Shown here one piece after another: positions 15,401 to 29,385 of a stretch of 64,000 nucleotides of DNA; position 1 is the first letter of the stretch; every line of letters begins with the position of its first letter. A program made the position numbers and the translations under genes. The notes beneath the pieces are model-generated. The model saw only the letters and a program-made list of their open reading frames with translations. It was not told the origin of the DNA and did no database searches. This stretch comes from Balanoglossus misakiensis (Eukaryota; Animalia; Hemichordata): contig CM082578.2 of the NCBI GenBank assembly GCA_040954595.2, positions 9,595,519 through 9,659,518 of the forward strand, given 5' to 3'.

Positions 15401-16434
15401 TCACGGATAGTTGAAAGATTTTAAAAAAACTCGCGCCAGGGGGCATTGTGAAATACGTAACATTTACGTGTTTTAGCTGTTTGCGCGGGCGGATCACTCC
15501 GTGGGAGACGACGGCGAAACGGCCACCGACGAGAATGAAAGTGCAGAGCAGATCAAAAGTGCCTCAATTAGCAGCGCGTATGGCTGTACAGCACTCCTCG
15601 GGAAGCCCCGTCCTCCTAAGACAATGCTACAAACGCACCACCGGCGAATAATGAAATTTTCCGCTGACTCAATCAACAAAATGCGGTCTCCGGGGGAACG
15701 GAAGCAGACGATTCTCGTCGACGGCCTACAGCTCCGAATTATCTGCGAGCTAACCTAATATTTCGAAAGTGGTTTCGTTGAGCAGGCGCTTCTAACGTAT
15801 TGGGAGCCAGTGTCGGAGAATGTCGCCACTGTTCAAAAGTCGGAACAATTTGCGGCGAGGCCTTGACCTTTCCGTCGCCGTCAGTGGGTGATTGCCCCCG
15901 GCAATTTTAGTACACCGCAGGTGTCTAACCACGTTAGCCCATCTTTTAATTTTTTTCTAATCGATGAAGCACGATCGTGACCAATTTAGTTTGGGAAAAG
16001 AATTTAAATCAGATGGAGCGAGCGAACAGGCGACTGAGAGATTCTCTGCACGGCAACAAGACATCACAATCAATACGCACAGCAGCAAAATTCGTTTAAT
16101 TGCATAGCTCTAGTGGCTGTTGTAGGCCCAAACCTGTTATGTGTTGACTAAATGTCTTGTTTTCGAACCATTCCATCATTTGCGCGAAAATTGCCAAATG
16201 CTTCCCACTGCAGCGATGTTGTCATGGCGAAAACCTCACAACGCCTACCGCTAGCTCACTCACCAGGGTTACCATTCCACTCGAACAGTTGCAACAAGCC
16301 ACAGTCGTGGCGTGGGGGTAAATCGAAATTAGCTGGGTCACTTTGGTTGCCCTTTTTTCCGCAGCGAGGGCAACACTTACATTGTACATGGTGTTAAAAA
16401 GTGTGTGCCCTGGAATAACACGTCTGGGCAGGAG

Positions 16435-16558
16435 TAACAGTCACAGCTCCTAGCAGCCAATCAGCGTCCGGATAGCAATTTTTATAGCAGTCCTAGCTTC
16501 AAGCAGCCAATCACAGTCTAGGAAGGAATAACAGTCACAGCTCCTAGCAGCCAATCAG
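16435..16558 (+). repeat. Short direct repeat carrying three CCAAT boxes
   Basis: The 30-mer TAACAGTCACAGCTCCTAGCAGCCAATCAG is identical at 16435-16464 and 16529-16558, with a partial AGCAGCCAATCA at 16502-16513. Confidence 0.8.
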
Positions 16559-16971
16559 AGTCGAAGTTAGTTACGACATCGACAGCATCGGAACTGTCTA
16601 TAGCTTCGAACATCGCGGTCTGTCGAATGGTATAAGCGAGCTCTGTCGTTTTTACAAATCTATAGCCACATATACCCACTCTGCCATTGTCCGGAGGCTA
16701 TCGAGATGATCGTCTTCAGCTGCGTTTATGTCCAATACCCGCACCTGATGCGCATGCAACCGTCTCATACTTAGTGGTTACAGCTCTGAAATCTTTAGTG
16801 CACTTGCTTCTGGGTACATATGCGTCTCGCCCACTGTCCGTCGATTTTATCCACAATTAATTCCATCGTCCCTGCGTTCGCTGTTTCTAAGCGCATTCAG
16901 GAAACATGCAAGAACCTTCCAATCATGGTGTCTTCCTATTTCACTACCAACCTTGTCTGTAGGAGTGTTAC

Positions 16972-17665
16972 TGTTACGACACGCTGGCCGTTCAGTTCCG
17001 AAACAGGGCAGTGAGCAAATAGACTTACTGAATGGCTCGCTTTGGTGAACCAACCAGCGCAGCTCGCAACAAAGACGGTCAACAATAGGCACACCACACG
17101 TTATTTCCTTGCTTATGGAAACTTTTAATTACTGCAACTAAACATTGGTAAATATAAAATGACTGTACACTGAGAAAAAAACACAGTAAAATAAATGACT
17201 ACCTTAAATGTGACCAGGTGTGGGGAATGAAAAACTAAAGTCCACGGTTCTGTAGCGCACGACGAACGCGACCAGCACCACGGCAGTCCCAACAGTGACG
17301 TTCAGTCCGAGTAGCGTTCTGGCACAATTCCCCGGTAGACGGCACGGCTTTCAGACGAATTCCTCATGGTAGCACGGCCTCTGGGCGCGGTTTCCAGACC
17401 AGGGCAGCATAGAACAACACGGCTTCTAGGCGCGGTTTCCAGACCAGTGTATCAGGAAATAAGGCACAGCTTCCAAGCCGGCGAGGAACAGAACAGCTCA
17501 CACGGGCCAGTCCAAATTAGTAGCTACGCCGCAACACAACGTGCGGGCTTTTTATATGGGGAAAATAATGAATGCACCACACCTGGTCACGCAAATATTC
17601 AAATTACGAAAGTAAGCGAAAACACACCTGGTCACAAAACAACAGCAAACTTCTCCTACGTAACA
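16972..17665 (-). mobile_element. Solo LTR of an LTR retrotransposon (694 bp)
   Basis: Inverted termini TGTTACG...CGTAACA, flanked by a perfect 5-bp target-site duplication GTTAC (16967-16971 and 17666-17670). Minus-strand TATAAAAA at about 17556-17549 and ATTAAA at 17129-17124. Internal 19-bp direct repeat at 17384-17402/17429-17447. Confidence 0.8.
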
Positions 17666-20600
17666 GTTACATACGAGTAAAAATGTCCAATTCGGTAAAC
17701 CCATTAAAATGGGAGATATAAATCCGATCGCTGTGTTTTTATTTCCAAGTTTGCGCGCACGGTGGAAATTTACCCAAGTCAGCAATTTCAGGTAATTACT
17801 TTGCGTTTAGACGCGAGCCAACCCAGTAATCAATGTGAGCTTGAAAGTTACGACGCAAGGGCACGGCGCGTTCCACGGGGACGTCTTTCGCCATTTAAGC
17901 CGTGTTTTCCCGAAATGCCCCGAGGGTATGTAGAATAAATCAGGTGGCGCGCTGTGAGCTTCCTCAGCGGTGTGCTTTTATCCTGCCTGCCAATATTGAC
18001 ATTTTTAGCTCGATTAATCAGGCAATTTTTCTCCATCGCCGTTCCGTCGGGTTCAGAGGTCACGTCGCGGGCGCGGAGTGCAATAATTTCCCTTGTTCGG
18101 ATTTCACGCGATTTACCTTTTTGAGTGCCGAACTAAAACACCGGCCGAATTTGTCATCATTGGCGGCGTTTTTTTTTCCTCTGTAGACATTTCGAAGTTA
18201 TGAAATTGATAGGCGAGCATTTCATCCTCGTTTGACGAGAAACTGACTAACGTTTATGTTTTGTTATCCCTGGATATCTTTTTCATTTCCCAACATTGCT
18301 GATTTCGCACAGCTAGTAAAAACTATAAGGAAACCGGGATGAAGGGTTTTCCATTGAACCCTGTCGTGCACTTTCAAATCTTTCAAACCATTTTGATGTT
18401 GTTTCAGATGGAAAACACTAAGAATATATTTCTCTTCTTCGGTGTTCGCTTTCACAGCGTGCGACCGTCTGCCTTGAAGTACAGGTGATGGTGTCATCTA
18501 TATCTAACACTGTCACTGGTGACGAAATCGATGATATTCAACAAGGCCTTTTCACATCAATCTTCACCATTTCAACGAATAATAAATTTGTTTTCTTATA
18601 TCTCCAGTTGTTCTCGATTTCCTTCGCCGTTGAAGCATGGAGCACACTTGTATCTTAAAATCTGAGGGGGCGCGAATGGATTTATACACTTAATTTCCAT
18701 TCGTACGAATTGTGAGGCAAAAATATCCCAGATATCGGAGTGTATCGACAGAGTGATTGATTGGGAAACATCTTCTAGTATTATGCTACAGTGTATTGAT
18801 AAACCACTGCAAATACAGCGCTTTACTCTCTGGCGCAATCTGACGCAATTCAAAGTCGTCAGAATATAACAGCAGTGAAGTATGACCATCGTTGTACTCC
18901 ATTTTGCCTTCCTCTATTTCATAATAACCTCTGTGCACATTCGCAAGGAACATCTACCTGAACCAGGGCTTGCTCTGATTTGCATATTTAACGAACTTCT
19001 GCAATAAGAGTTATTCCTCCATATGTCAGTTTGTAGTGTATAGGCCGTGTAAGATTTCCCACGTGCATCTGTGCCCCCCCCCCCCCATCATTCCCCTCCT
19101 TGCAGAGTCGAGTTTGCTGACATTCTTGTTTCGATTCATTCAGTTGAGGTACAAAACAGGTAGGAGGCAATGCCTGTATTTGTCGTGTCCCGAGCCTCCC
19201 TTTTCATTTTGATTTTGCACAAACACACAAGAGTGCCCCAGTCTAATCATTGTGCTATTGAAATGGGCTTGCTTTATGGGCCACGTAAAACTCTCGCTAT
19301 TACACGGCCATAAAACGACAATTTTCCGAGGTGCACGCGTTTAACAATACGCACCTTTCATACCCCCGGCGCGTCATTTCGTTATACAAGCGGCACCGGC
19401 TTGATCCCTTGAATGAATTCCCAGGAAAATTAATATTTTTTGAGAGCAAGTGACGTAATAAAAGGGAAGCAGATGCCACCGACCTATGCTGTCACGTGAC
19501 TAATCTCAACCTGCGTTTCCCTCAATGGAGTACGGATACACGAAATGACAGTGTTTTTGCGATGCAATTTACTGGTATCAATTAATTTTTTTGTCTCTTG
19601 CGCGCACCTGTGCCCCAAGCATTATTTAGTTCCATTGATTGAAAGTACCCGGCAGAGCTTACGGCGATATGAGCAAGTGTGTACGAGGTAGTGTTCTGAC
19701 AAGCAAGCAAGAATGAAAGAAGAAAAGCGCTCCTGAAATATTCCAATACCTCATTCAGTTGTAGTCGTGAGCATGCGTCATCGATGCCAAGGTGACAGAG
19801 GCATGATGTTTGAGGGCATAATAACAAGCTTTTCTTGTGAGAGCTGTGACTTCCGCTGTACAACCATAAACTAGTCAAAGTGGTAAACCGTTCATTGTGT
19901 AATGAGGATTAACTTATTGGGCTGCTTCTATAACAAGAGACAAACCCGCTTTTTTCAACGTTCAGTCTGATATGACAGTAGATGCCTTGTTATGGCGGAA
20001 GCAGAATTCATGTCCGTTCGTAAAAAAAATTCCATGCCTTATAAATTGTGGTGTTTTAGTGGAAGTCACAGGCTGTGGGTTGAAAACACACACTTGCGAC
20101 AACTCCGCCTAACTGTCAATGTTTTATACCAGGTGTGCGGAATGGGTAAAGCGCATGCTCGGTGTTAGCATAATACGCTCCTCCCCCAAGTTCAATGCAT
20201 CTGGGTTTGTAGCTCACGATGCAATGCAGAGTTAAATTCTGCGCGGGCTGCAAAAGCCGTCACCAGTTCGTCGCGCGATGAAAGTGATAAGAGTGAACCC
20301 CTCGCCATGTTATTAGCAATATCTCATCGATTCCGGTCAGCTTGTTAAAATTATTTCGCTGCCTGAAATTCTGAGCCAACTGTAGTCGTCTCTCTGCGGG
20401 TGAGGTCAACGATTCTCATTACAAGACATGTGTTGAGGTTTATTAGTTGTGATTTAATATCAATCATATCGTGCATTATATCCTAGATGGATCGTTAACA
20501 GCTCGACAGAACATCCCACTCTGTTACACATTCTATACGCCGACAAGATGCTAGCTAATCCACTCATAGGCGACACAAATACCTATAAGAATCTTCTCAA

Positions 20601-23600
20601 CTATCGTAAAATCTCGTCAGTACAGCTGATGGGCTCTGAGAGCTATCCCCGCGCCCTCCCAATTAAACGAGACGGCTGCTCGTGTGAGTAAGAATTGAAT
20701 TCTTCTCTTTCGTGTCACAGACCCCCGGTGCGCATCAAGACAATTACTTTAGACCCAACGGAGTCTGCGTAACGCGATTTTAAATGGTGTTTTCTGTTAA
20801 AAGTTGAATTGGCTGCAGGTCTCGAGGCTTACATAATTTTTAATTTATTTTCCGCCGATTTAAGACGGGAAGTCATCTTCGTTCGTGACGACAACAGCTC
20901 TCGCAGAAAATTGTAGGCCGGGTGATAAAAAACGGATCAGTGCGATTTAAACGGAGATGCGCATATTGGAGTTCTGAGTGTATAAATACACTCGCGCGAC
21001 TTTCAGAGCTGATGCATAGAAGTGAGAAGAAAAGAACCATGCAAAATGTATTCCTTCTATCCTTTAAATCTGCCTGGTCTTTTCGCTTGTTGTTGATCAA
21101 AGGACCCCCTCGACACAGTGCATTCGCCCGAGCTTTAAGCAGCTAGATTGAGATCAACCGAGTCCACGCTTGATTTCATTCAATACTTTCCTTTACGTCG
21201 GATGTTTCATCCTGTCTTTTATCTATCGGAAGTTATAATACTTACACACCTATCAGATCACCGGGGGAATTTACCCGATTTGTTCAATACATGATTTTTA
21301 TTTGGCTTTCAGTTTGTTGATCGTCTTCTGCGACCTTGCCCAGCCTGTAAAAAGATTTTAGAAAGATTCGCGGAAGCATAGAAATAAATTTGACTTCCTG
21401 TTAACCGTTTCCGTGGGTGAATTCACGTGGGTATACTGTAAAGTATCACTCCGCCCGATTTAGCTGTTTTCCCCTGGGGGGGGGGGGGGGATTTTCTGTA
21501 CATAAGAACAGAATGTTGGATTCGACCTGAACACAACCCGCAAATCTCTAGCTCACATCTCTACATCAACAGCGCAATGAAAATTTATGCTAAGCACACA
21601 CGCGTCCGTTCTTAATGAAATGCAGTGAATATTAATTAATTCGGATGGTCCTAAAGTGATCTTTATTTACGGTGTTTAGAATCCGAAAGAAAAAAGACAT
21701 CCACTTATGTTCGTTCGGAAGCCATAAATTTTATTGACAATTGGCTGAGGGCGGCGGATCTGGACATTGAGGTGACCGAGATATAGTTATAGATTTTTAT
21801 CGGAAGATTTGAAAATATTTTATGCTCTCATTGAGTATTTTAAAGTGTCGTGTTTTGAAAGACGTAAAATTTCATTGCACTGAGAAGTGATTAAATAAAA
21901 CGAAAATGCTGTACGTCCCTATCGCCACGGTACGTGAATTTCATTATCCTGTAAGGTGAATGGATACTTATGTTGAAATCAAATATTGACATTTCTCGGT
22001 TCTTGCTAGTGCCAGTTTTGGAAACCGAGATTAACAAGTACGGGCATCATGGACGAGGATGCATTAATTTGGTACCCTGTCAAATATGATGAACCCAACT
22101 CAACTTAAATTTGTGTGCCAATTACATGTTTTACACACTGGCAGATCGGGTGGGTGTACATGTATTTGGAGATTCTTCGGAGGCAGAAAAGATGGTTGAC
22201 AATGGGAAATAGGATGACAGGCGTTTTCTTAACGGGGCCGATCGTTGACCCTTAAGTACACGCACGCCAGGTGCATATTTGCATAATACAAGGAGTCTAA
22301 AGATGCGGACCAGTCGTTGTCATGGTGACACATAAAAGCGATGCAACCCCCCCCCCCCGCCGGATCGAATGATATCGCATGTATGTAATTACCGATTCGT
22401 CTTAATGGCTTAATATTTTCAGCTACTATCTCGGCTTTCCCCGAGCCCAACTAGCATTCCTTGCACGTATCGGACTTTCAGCGCCCCGCCGTGTATCCGC
22501 GGCCCCCTTTTCGCTCTCTCTCTCTCTTACTCAGTGCTCCAACTCCGCTCAAGAAGCGAGGTCACGCGGGCAGTTTACCTTCATCTTCAAATCTGTATAA
22601 ACGATGTCGCATTAAGTGGAAGTTGCCGTACAGTGTACTAACTGCTCCCCTGGTCACGCAGACGAACCACCTGCGCAGAGGTCGCTGATAAAAATAAACC
22701 TGCCAGCGGTAAGGCGTTCGTTATCTCTGGGAAGTTGATACGGAAACACGTGCAATCGCTACAGAATATACGTGTTACCCATGTTACTTTGTATGTAGTC
22801 CTAAATGCAGTATAATTCATTCGAAAATATTGTCTTGGAATTTGGTTCTGGAAATTCCACGACAAGTCAAGTACAGAAACGTTCGTGATCATTTATAGGG
22901 CCCTCTGTCTCATGTTTATTATCTAGTGGTTAATGCCCCATCAGCTGTCACTTATCGGATTATTTTAATGATTTTAATTTCAAATTGGTTTGTTTAATTA
23001 GGCATAACGTGTTAACAAGATCTTATTCTGGCTGTACGTTTAAATGTGAACAAATCTATTAAACAACTGGTGTCCAACCCGTTTATTGAGTCTCCCGTTG
23101 CAAGAGTACACAACTATCGCGGTAATACATGTACGTGCGCACCGTGCGTATTACAAGCTTTCCAATTTCAAAATGGTGTCCGTCGACGGCAAAGGATATT
23201 GAGTTTTATCGTTAAACATATGAATATGCTAAAAGGGACAGCTCGTGCGGCTTATGAATATCCACCACCTTATTATACGTAATTATCGCCTACCGAAAAG
23301 AGGAATTTTTGCCGCATTAGCTCATTAGTACACGTGTCTGTAACTCGGCCATTTATAGTACACTGTAATACAAATCCGCGTCACTGTTTCCGCAAATTCT
23401 TACCCGGATTGTTTAGAAAGGACAATAAAATACACTGTCCAAAAATGCTGCCGGTATACTCGAACACACGAACTTAATCGGCCTATCATTCTTTGATTGG
23501 AATTTGTCGACAGCGTAATTGATATCGAACGCTGGCCAGAGCTGCGCAGTGATAGCGTATACATTGAAGTGACAGTATTGAAGACGCTGAAGTTGAAGAC

Positions 23601-26600
23601 AGGGCCGTTCGATACAACGCGTCTCCGGGATACGACAGCCTGACCCTCTCAAGTGTATCTCGTAGGTCCCTTTCAGTTTCATTCATCGATATAATCTAGA
23701 ACAAGCAACATTTCTCCCGCGGTTTACCTGGGTGGATTTTTGTTCGCCCGTTTATCAAAAGCCCGTAGCTCGGGAAGTCACGGAAACAGTCAAACCAAAT
23801 TGCCACATTGGCACGACTCGGTAATCCTTAGCTTAGCAGAAATCACGTTTTTTCAAGAGATCTCTCAGATAGCGCTCTCGATGGTCGTCCGCGGAATAGC
23901 CTTTATTTACTCCCCGAGCACGCCAATGACACGATAGCTCCTTATCAAAATACGAATTCCCTCTGTTCAAATCGCCGCTATGGGACGCTACCTGCATTTT
24001 CACACGCTTCTCTTGGCTTGGACCCTTTGTCAAGGCCACTAATTAGATAGATGACTAGCAAAATAACCACGGTCTCCCGCGACATTCAGTTCAAGACGAT
24101 CGACCAGCGGGACTATTTGTACATTAAGTTGGTGGTTTATGACTTCAGTTTAATGGGACGGCAACTTGAATCAGGAGCGTTTTGGGTTGACTTGAAAGCA
24201 TCCCTCATTGACCCGAGAAGTGCGAACATGATAATAGGCCATTTTATTTGCTATTTAGTCGTGATTGATAACCGGATGTGCCTAAATGGGCGAATCAAAA
24301 TTCAGTCCAAGAAATCCCAAGAAATTCGATGCGGAGAAGCTTACCTGTGAGGGCCGCCGACTTTGGGGGAAAATTCCGATTCGTAAAATTTGGAAATATT
24401 AGCTGGAGTACGTATGGTAGCTACAATTCTTTATTTGCTTCTGTATTCCCCAAATGTAATGACGGAAAGCGAATACAACTGACTGTATTCACAGCTACTT
24501 ACTTTTTGATAGGGCGTCATATTGAGCTGGTATAACTTTACAATTGAATTGCGATCACTGTACAATGTAATTGATTCGGCGTATTGAACTTGACAGTTGG
24601 CTATCACACCAGAGTGCATTGACAGGGCCACGATAAATGTAAGGCGTTTAAGGTCATGTAGGGGTCATGAAAATAGCAAATCACGTGCTTTAAGGAAATA
24701 CTTGCTTTCAAAATTTGCCAGTGAATCTGGTACCGGGATTTTATCATCGCACGATAATTTTCGTATTCCATTAAAGGGACAAAAGTCGCTAAAATCTGAC
24801 ACTATTTTGTCGATTTTTATTCTTTGGATTTTTTTTCTACATACTGAAACATGTTCATTGAGTCACAACCCACATACGGATACTACATTAGAATTTTGTC
24901 GTTACAATGTAAATTTGATGTTCATCAGTGAATGAAATCTGCTTGCTACGTTTTTGTGCAGTCGTTCCTAGCGCTTTTAGCGTTGATTTACTCGGCAATC
25001 CTACCGCAACGTTATTCTTCTGCCGTCCAGATTTTTTTTTTTGCGTTGTCCGGGTGCCGTTGAAAGAGCAACGAAAGCGCAAGTCTCAGCTTAAAGCATA
25101 TTTACGGTTAGCTCGACTCGGCCCATAAATCTTCGCCGACACACAGGAAAATAACAAGGTTATGAGATTAGTCGTGCATGACAGCTCACAAGAAATTGTT
25201 TTGCGCACTCCCCGTTCGTTGCATGGTCTGAGGCTGTGCGGTGACATTTCCTTGCACCTGGTTACGCTGGCGTCTTGCCGTTCGAGACCGAGCAAGGCAG
25301 CAGCCAGCAGGCGTCGCCCTGTGTGAGGAGGGACAGTTCGGGGTAGGTCTCTACCGCAGTCAGGGACAGTCTGCGTCTGTGCTACACATGTGTAGATGAC
25401 AACATCAAGACTTTCCGGATTATCCCCGTTTAATCTCCGAGTTCGTGATGGAAATTGAATCATTTCCCGCGATAAAACTCGTCTGTGGTTTTGTCTGTAA
25501 CGCCCCGCGCGAGGTGAAACACAGCCAGAATTTGTATGCACGCCGATTTGTGGTATATATGACTGCAGTCTACTTCATACATTATATTGCGCGGGGGCCA
25601 TAATCGCTTCCGCCAATACCATATGATTCAATATTTCTCGAAGGTCTCGGAGCAATCGCCGGCCGGCTGCTGTGCTTCCCAGCATACGTTATTAGGACCC
25701 GGCGCGTTTAATTATTTTACATTACATAGAAGCGTGGCTTATGTTTACATAATTCACGTAGTAAGTTCAATTTCCGATGCCCGTATAGTTTGTGGCTTCC
25801 GGTAAAGCTACTTCAGAACGCACTGTGAACAGTCAGAGTCGTTGGACCACCGCGCAAGCACGTCGGTAGCGGATGAGCTCAGCTCAGTCATAATTCTCTG
25901 GGCACGACATTGGCCTTGGCAGAAGCGGGCCACCTCAATGTCACCCACCTCCGGGGACATAACTCTTGTCACTGACGAGTTTCCGCCTATTTAGAGCGGA
26001 GTTATCAAAAAGGCACCGACAGTGTTCCGACAAAGGTGGTTGGTAGTGAAACGGAGAGAGGGCTGCCGAGTTAATTTGCGTCGGAAAATTGGCGATCGCA
26101 TCGACAGGGGTGAGTTTTCTCTTCGTTTCAGGCTGAAAACAATCTCATGCTTGCATCTTGCGATTCTTCTCCCCCCCCCCACCTCCGTCAACAATTTTGT
26201 GGAGAGTGTAACGCGCTACTTTTACCGAGTCCGAATACCTGGGGTGATTACATGCGTTTCAACTAGTCTGACTTGATTTAAAGGGGCGGTTTCCAATCCC
26301 CGGTTCTCGCACTAGTCCTTTATGCCATTCAATGCTTCTGTAATGAAAAGTACACCTTTTCCATTGAAATATTCATCAAGTTAGATCCGTTAGTTTTGAG
26401 ATAAAGCCAGATAAAGAAGGTACACCTTTAATGTGATTTAGCCATGTCTCCCACAACGTGCTGCAATGAGACGGCTAAGCAGGGATGACCTTTCGATTTT
26501 AATGCACAATGGTATAAATGATAATGCGCAATTTATTTTTAAAAACCGGGTTAACAAATACGTACTCGAATCGATCTGGGCGTAGAACGGAACATTTGCA

Positions 26601-29385
26601 ATTCATGAGTGTGTTGATTAGCACAAATCGTTTGATTAGTCTCTGTATAATGGTGAGGGCAGTTGTGCCAAATATATCCTACATAAATCCCACCCGTGTA
26701 ACGCCATTTGTGATGTAACCATTGTCACGAGTGCTTAATAAATGCGAAAAAAACAATCTTTGGCTACATAATCCCGAACTGAACTGACGGTAAAGCTGGA
26801 CGTGAATGCGAGCGGCGGGCACGCACACAGAAGGCACGCTTGTTGTAGTATTAATTGGTATCCACCGTTACATGGTAATTTTTATAACATGGTTAAATCT
26901 CCAGTCTAAGTATTACTCTTCTCCCTAAAATTGACATCACCGTTGATGTCCCTTCTCCCTAAATTGTACAGTCCTGCAACGTTTTTGTGCTTTTTTTCTG
27001 TTAAAGCTGTGCACTGAAAGGGTGGTAACTTACCATTTCCCCCCGAAGGAAATTTTGAGTAATGGCACTGGACAAAGGCCCCGTGATATTAGTGCATTGG
27101 ATACACGACGTACATGCAGTCTACGCGCTTGGAACAGTTAGCGCAAAGCCTGCGTCTTTTGTGTACTAATTGCCCTTGTCGTACCACACAACTTAATCAC
27201 TCTATCCTCTGTAATTGCATGCTTCTTTACCGCGTTTAAGGACAGATATCGTTCAAACGACCCCCCGTCGCGCCAATTCATGGCCATTCACTGCCAAGCA
27301 CCGATTTTGAGTTAAATGTAAACCCGGCAATTAAGAGCATACACTTTGAAACGGAACGCCGTGACCGAGTTCTAGTGCAATTACATGCTGATGAAAACAG
27401 GAACAGCGCAGAGGACACGCGCCAAAGTAACGTATAAGATAACAACGGCCACTACCACCGAATGATAAAAAGATGCACTAAAAGATATAAAACAGCTTGC
27501 AATTATTGCTGGGAAAAATCGACTTCTCAAATGTCGGTCACAAGAGGGGGCATCGTTCTACATCAGTTTGCAGTGTGTATAGGTCTGCGTTGAACATTCC
27601 CCTGAGAAATGACACAAGTCAACATCATGTGGTATTTGCATGGACCCTCATTTCCAGTTTTCTCGAGTATCGGGCCTGCAGATTGCACAGATACATCAAG
27701 TGCGCGCCCCTTTCTGCCGCATAAGGGAAACAATTGGTCCTTCATATCCAGGGACGTATAATCGTTTTGTTCATTTGGTATTTATTGTTGTACCCAACCC
27801 CTGGAGATAAATTAATGACATCACTTTTACCTGTAGTGCCACAGCGCTATACCACCTACTTTTGTACCACAAACAACGTCTCCAAGGCAACACAGGGAGG
27901 TGAGGAAATATCGGGAGAGTTGCACTCCTACGGGGGTTTTAATGCGCAATCATTCAAAGAAAAGCGTGACCAGACCCAAGTGGCTATAGCAACGAGCGCG
28001 CCCACGAATAAGATTAGACCCCTTTCCCATCTTTATTTTTCGACAAGCATCGCAAAGGAAACTTGGTTAACCTGTACTTGACAACGCGCATGTCCGCTTG
28101 TACTATCCCTGTACTTTCTTTTCAACTTGTAACCTCTTCAGTAATTACACCGGTTATTTTTTTATTACGGCGACCCTAAAAAATCTCAACGCGAATGTAA
28201 TGTAATTTGGTGCTAAATTATATCGTTTACAACATTCTCTAACCGATAAACATGAATAAGCCGACCCGCGGCCATTCAATTTGAATTCGATGCCGAGCAG
28301 CCGTCTTGAATTAAAATAAACAGTGTGATTTACGCGGGGCCGGCGAACTCGTCAACCACAACGACTGTGTATTAGCGACCTTCTACATGGCATACCAGAG
28401 ACTCCCATAAAATCACCTGGACGGATCGGATCCTTTGCAATTTCTCCGACAGAAATAGAAAACCGGAATCTCACCCAGTGTAGATAATAACAACGCTTCA
28501 ACTTGTAAAATGCTGAGTATCGTAAAAAAGTAGATTCGACTCTGACGTCTCTCTGTCCTTTTGCGCTTCGTTACTCGACGTAATTAGCGGTTACCCCGGG
28601 GTCCATAGCGCTATATCAACGGACCACATTATATTCGCTCGCGACCTTTCCCTAAAGTACAATTGGATGCTGCAACTCAAGGAGGGTTCTCACCGCCGCG
28701 CATGCGTTCAGACTCCCATTAACCATCTTGCCTTTGGTATTTTGATGTTAATTGTCAAGTATGAGTATACCGTTGAGAGGAAAGTCTCGAAGTTAACGCG
28801 AGATGCTCTCTGTCACTGCTAACATCAACTTTATACAATAAGATGTTTCTATTATTCTTAGCCCGCCATGAAACTGGAGAGAGAACCCCCCCTCCCTTTA
28901 GTCTGTAGGTAGATGCGCTTGAAGCGTGATAAGCCTCAGCTCACTTACTTCCCAGTGTCAATGGGTTTCGGTCATATCGAAGCACATAGAGCACTTAGAG
29001 CGACTCCGCAATGATGTATTAAAATCTATATTTTGCTCCTATCAAACGATTACATGTACATGTTAAGTATTGCTATTTCCGTAAAGTTCGAGATGCCCTG
29101 AATTTTAAGGGGTGTTTAGAGCTTTATCCTTTGATGTGCTTCTATAACGGTACATATGCAAAAGTCGACAAAACTGCTGCTCTGGGTGACGCCGACAGGA
29201 ATGAAATTTTTCAGGGTACTTTTGAACTCAATTAGTTCTAGGTAAAGTCTATCACGTGATACGGACGTTGACTAATTATTTCCCACTTTTGCAGGTAAGG
29301 GTTTCTGGAACATCCCGAAGTAATGGTCCATGAGAACGTCCCCATTTGCCTCGATTTCTTCCTGTGTTGCGTCGGAGGGTCTTGA

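Noticed and set aside
17271-17291. ACCAGCACCACGGCAGTCCC, resembling an RE1/NRSE site
   Set aside because: Needs a one-base deletion and mismatches in the core, and lies inside the LTR; likely chance.
16435-17447. Short direct repeats that might suggest a CRISPR-like array
   Set aside because: Only two or three copies, irregular spacing, eukaryotic context and no cas genes.
528-28081. Many 60-160 aa ORFs in the first 28 kb (e.g. 12905-13390, 25086-25541)
   Set aside because: Mostly non-ATG starts, no motifs or codon bias, and no consistent exon chain; expected by chance.
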